DNA of 64,000 nucleotides. Source: an uncultured Acidimicrobiia bacterium. Its GTDB lineage: Bacteria; Acidobacteriota; Terriglobia; Versatilivoradales; Versatilivoraceae. Where the stretch lies: positions 19,407-83,406 of the forward strand of contig CAWBTP010000002.1 in assembly GCA_963791795.1 (NCBI GenBank), given 5' to 3'. Both the position numbers and the translations under genes were made by a program. Positions 60,877 through 64,000 of the stretch are shown here, one piece after another. Within the stretch, counting starts at the first letter, position 1. Each line of letters starts with the position of its first letter. The notes beneath the pieces were generated by a model. That model saw only the letters and a list, made by a program, of their open reading frames with translations. It ran no database searches and had not been told where the DNA came from.

Positions 60877-61971
60877 ATGCAAATCAAAGTTCGGCATAAA
60901 TTCCTGCGGGACGGCAAGAGGCGCACGGTTTATTTGGACTTCTACGAAAACGGGCGGCGGCGACTCGAATACTTGGGCCTCTATCTGACAGGCAATCGCA
61001 TCCAGGATAAGGAAACTTTGAGGCTGGCCGAAAACATCGCGGCCAAGCGGCGTTTGGAGTTCGTTAATGATCGGCACGGTTTTGTGATGATGGCGAAGCA
61101 ACAAGCCGATTTCGTCGCCTACTGCCGACGGCTGGGTGAGTCAAGGCAGGCTGCTAACACCCGTCTCGTCTGGCAGAACGCAATCAACCGATTGGAAGCC
61201 TTCACTGGCGGTCCCGTTCCAGTCAGCCAGGTCAATTATTCCTTCCTGCATGGGTTCAAGGATTACCTTCTCAAAGCAGTAAGTCCGAACAGCGCTCTCG
61301 TTTACTTGGCGCGAATCAAGACAGCCTGCCATCAGGCCGTCAAAGATGGCATCTTTTCCAAAAACCCGGCAGCGGACGTTTCCATTAAGAAGCGGGAAAC
61401 GCGACGGCAGTATCTCATTTTGGAAGAGCTGCAACGCTTGGCAGACGCGCCTTGCTCGAACGACCAGGCGAAACAGGCCTTTCTGTTTTCAGCCTTTACG
61501 GGTCTGAGATATTCCGACGTGCACGCTTTGACGTGGCAGAAGGTGAAGTGTCTGAACGGGAGCTTTGTCTTGGAATTCTCCCAAATCAAGACTGGCGAAG
61601 TCGAAACCCTCCCGGTTTCGGAACAGGCGGCGGCGATCCTTAGGAAGCAAGTCAATGCTGAAGTATCGCCTAGGATCATGCAGGAGGTCGTGTCGGATGC
61701 GGTTTTCAAGCTCGGAGCACAGCAAAGTATCGATAAGGCTATTCGACAGTGGGTAAAAAGAACCGGCATCAACAAGAATATTTCCTTCCATTGTGCCCGC
61801 CACACCTTCGCTACTCTTGGCCTGACTTGCGGCGTTGACCTTTACACCATGAGCAAATTGCTCGGGCACCGTGACATTGCTTCAACTCAGATCTATGCCA
61901 AAATCATCGACAAAAAGAAATTGGAAGCAGTGGCGATGCTGCCCACATTGCAATCCCCTATAAAAGACTGA
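60877..61971 (+). CDS. Tyrosine recombinase/integrase with arm-binding N-domain and SAM-like domain (Bacteroidetes NBU/CTn-like)
   Basis: AGGAGG RBS; YLDFYENGRRRLEYLGLYL N-domain; catalytic R (GLRYSD), K (QIKT), HxxR (HCARH), H (LGH), Y (TQIY). Confidence 0.93.
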   Translation: MQIKVRHKFLRDGKRRTVYLDFYENGRRRLEYLGLYLTGNRIQDKETLRLAENIAAKRRLEFVNDRHGFVMMAKQQADFVAYCRRLGESRQAANTRLVWQNAINRLEAFTGGPVPVSQVNYSFLHGFKDYLLKAVSPNSALVYLARIKTACHQAVKDGIFSKNPAADVSIKKRETRRQYLILEELQRLADAPCSNDQAKQAFLFSAFTGLRYSDVHALTWQKVKCLNGSFVLEFSQIKTGEVETLPVSEQAAAILRKQVNAEVSPRIMQEVVSDAVFKLGAQQSIDKAIRQWVKRTGINKNISFHCARHTFATLGLTCGVDLYTMSKLLGHRDIASTQIYAKIIDKKKLEAVAMLPTLQSPIKD

Positions 61972-62105
61972 CGGCCGCCGATCGCTTCAAGGCGGTCGGT
62001 TCCTGTCTTGGAAGACCCCCTCGACTGATCTATACTTCAGATAGGGTGCCTCGGGCCTATGATCCAGAAGTGATAAGAGGCAGTCAAAGTAGCTGGGCTG
62101 AACTC

Positions 62106-62438
62106 ATGAGTCATCGCGTCAATGATGAAATCGGTTTGGAATTGGGGCGCCGAGTTGCGGAGCGACTTGAGGCAGAACCGGAGTTGATCGGGGTCGCACT
62201 CGCCAACCTCGACAATTGGTCCATCAGCAATGCCAAAGTGTCGTCGCTTCTGCGTTGCTATTCGGAATGGCGGGCTGTCCTGAAGCGTCCACTCGTGGAA
62301 ATCTGCGAGTTGCTTCGCTCCGACACTGAGGAAGCACGTCGCCTCCGCCAGAATTCGCCCTTTGTTGGCGTTCTCTCGCCCCGGGAAGTCTGGGAAATCA
62401 AGCGCACGATCCGTCAACATGCACCGGTCTCACCTTGA
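62106..62438 (+). CDS. Small helical protein, putative antitoxin partner of the DUF6036 protein
   Basis: A.ANLDNW...EW..VL...LRQNSPFVGVLS pattern; overlaps the downstream NTase gene by 20 nt. Confidence 0.65.
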   Translation: MSHRVNDEIGLELGRRVAERLEAEPELIGVALANLDNWSISNAKVSSLLRCYSEWRAVLKRPLVEICELLRSDTEEARRLRQNSPFVGVLSPREVWEIKRTIRQHAPVSP

Positions 62439-62949
62439 GCATATCATTCGGGCATCTTCGGCCATTACTGGTGCTACGGAAATCGTTGTGATCGGTAGCC
62501 AGGCCATTCTGGCCCAATTCCCTGACGCACCGGCTGACCTTCTCGTCTCGATCGAAGCAGACGTGTTTACACTGAGGAGTCCCACTGATGCAGAGTTGAT
62601 TGACGGCTCGATTGGCGAGGGATCTCCCTTCCATCATACCTTCGGATACTATGCCCACGGTGTAAGCGAAGACACTGCTGTCCTGCCAGCCAATTGGAAG
62701 AGCCGTCTGGTTCCATTGCGGCATGAAGATACAGGTGGCGCCACGGCATTCTGCATAGAGATTCACGATCTGGCTGTTTCCAAATTGATAGCAGGACGAG
62801 AAAAGGATCTGCAGTTCGTTGCTGGGCTTTTGCGCCTCGAGTTGGTTGAACCGGAAATTTTTCGCCATCGATTGAACGAAACCCCGATAGACGAAGACCT
62901 GCGCGCCTTGTGCGAGGCAAGGTTGCTGCGCTTTTCCACTCAGGCATGA
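62419..62949 (+). CDS. DUF6036-like nucleotidyltransferase, putative toxin
   Basis: LEHIIRA, VIGSQAIL (GS motif), SIEAD, IGEGSPFH.TFGYYAHGV, DLAVSKL.AGREKD. Confidence 0.75.
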   Translation: MHRSHLEHIIRASSAITGATEIVVIGSQAILAQFPDAPADLLVSIEADVFTLRSPTDAELIDGSIGEGSPFHHTFGYYAHGVSEDTAVLPANWKSRLVPLRHEDTGGATAFCIEIHDLAVSKLIAGREKDLQFVAGLLRLELVEPEIFRHRLNETPIDEDLRALCEARLLRFSTQA

Positions 62950-63134
62950 CGATTGATATACCTTCAATCTCATCCTGATCATGCTGCATCCTGGCGAGCC
63001 TGGTTGGGTGCTTCCCCATCGAGACGAAAAGCGCGGTGACGCTGCGGCACTCCAGGCTACGACTACCGTGCTGAATCCGTTGACGCTTGGCGCGCGCCAT
63101 TCGCCGGAGAAATAAACCCACACACACAGCAAGA

Positions 63135-63689
63135 ATGGGCAAACGGCCAGACTCTCCTGCGGGAACCCTCAAACGGGCAAATTGGAAAGGGCGAAAGGCC
63201 CAGCTGGAAGCCCGCATTGCCTGCAAGAAGGTCAAGGTCACATTGGGTGACCATCTACGCCTGGCGGCCGCCGAAGCACGGAAATACTCAGAGAGCCTCG
63301 AGGAGATGATTCAACGCCGGGATGCTCTGCAGGCTAGGGCACCAAAAGGAAGACACAATCCCGAGTTGTACCAGCTTGAAAGGCATATTCGGCGCCGGCA
63401 AACTCATCGTACATTCAGAAGCGGCAAACTATTGCTGGCTGGGCTGCATGGTCGCGGCCGACCCAAGACCTTCTACCGTTTGGCATTGGAAAACGATTCT
63501 TCCTTCACGCCGAAACAGTACCTCGATGATTGGGGTCGAGGGAGATACCTCTCCAAGAAACAGCGGGCCATTGTGATGAAGAGATTGGAAAGGATTAGGG
63601 CTTCATTCTTGCGTTCTCTCAGAAACAGTGGTCAGCCAAGGCTACAGAGGGTATTGCCCTTATCATCGAAAGAGTCGAACGAAAAATAG
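63135..63689 (+). CDS. Hypothetical basic protein (element cargo)
   Basis: 184-codon ORF, Arg/Lys-rich, AT-hook-like GRGRPK; no recognised family. Confidence 0.5.
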   Translation: MGKRPDSPAGTLKRANWKGRKAQLEARIACKKVKVTLGDHLRLAAAEARKYSESLEEMIQRRDALQARAPKGRHNPELYQLERHIRRRQTHRTFRSGKLLLAGLHGRGRPKTFYRLALENDSSFTPKQYLDDWGRGRYLSKKQRAIVMKRLERIRASFLRSLRNSGQPRLQRVLPLSSKESNEK

Positions 63690-64000
63690 CCAAACAGCGT
63701 CAATGACTCTGAGGAGCTTATTTCGATTCGCCCGAAGTGTTCCGACAGGCTGTGGAGAGAATGTGATCGTCTCCTGTCTTTAGGACCAGGCCTTCTGTTT
63801 GCTCTTGAACTTATCAATGGACGATCGAATGGGTCAGAGTGGTGAAGCGGTAAACGTTGCAGTCTACCAGGCGCGACGCGCCTAGACGGGATCTGATCTG
63901 CAATCCGTTTCCCAGGCACTGGCGGCTGAGCAGGACAATTCGTTCGCCAGGTCCTTTAAATACAGCTGCCGCCCTGGCGTTCAGCTTGTCGGGCTCAAAA

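Larger units (their letters stand above)
60688..64000 (+). mobile_element. Left end of an integrative element inserted in tRNA-Gly (continues beyond the window)
   Basis: Abrupt AT-rich junction, terminator hairpin, tyrosine integrase, putative TA pair and ORFan. Confidence 0.8.

Overview
GC-rich bacterial chromosomal window, most likely an Acidobacteriota genome (inferred from the Oar-like TonB receptor, PQQ/TolB propellers, aroD-aroE fusion and hisZ plus short hisG). Bases 1-60236 are mostly housekeeping: rfaE2-mfd-PPIase-rqcP, mutM, hfq-hflX, tyrS, a purB-S-Q-L-F-M-N operon, maf-rqcH, pgsA, aroDE-thrB-hisZ-hisG-hisD, mtnA, sugar-use genes and gnd. Five genes (mfd, a LysM gene, hisD, a TPR gene and a TonB receptor) are split by single +1 insertions that look like assembly errors. 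At 60664 the first 24 nt of a tRNA-Gly gene (5' acceptor strand and complete D-arm) are cut off by an AT-rich element end, followed by a Bacteroidetes-type tyrosine integrase, a putative antitoxin/DUF6036 nucleotidyltransferase pair and an ORFan. This appears to be an integrative element inserted at an atypical 5' tRNA position that runs past the window edge. Intergenic regions carry many REP-like hairpins. Two different ~30-bp hairpins each occur twice, inserted into the loops of unrelated host hairpins, one type with CT at both junctions. There are also inverted-repeat elements built from 8-9-bp periodic units. Gene and family calls come from motif recognition, not database searches.
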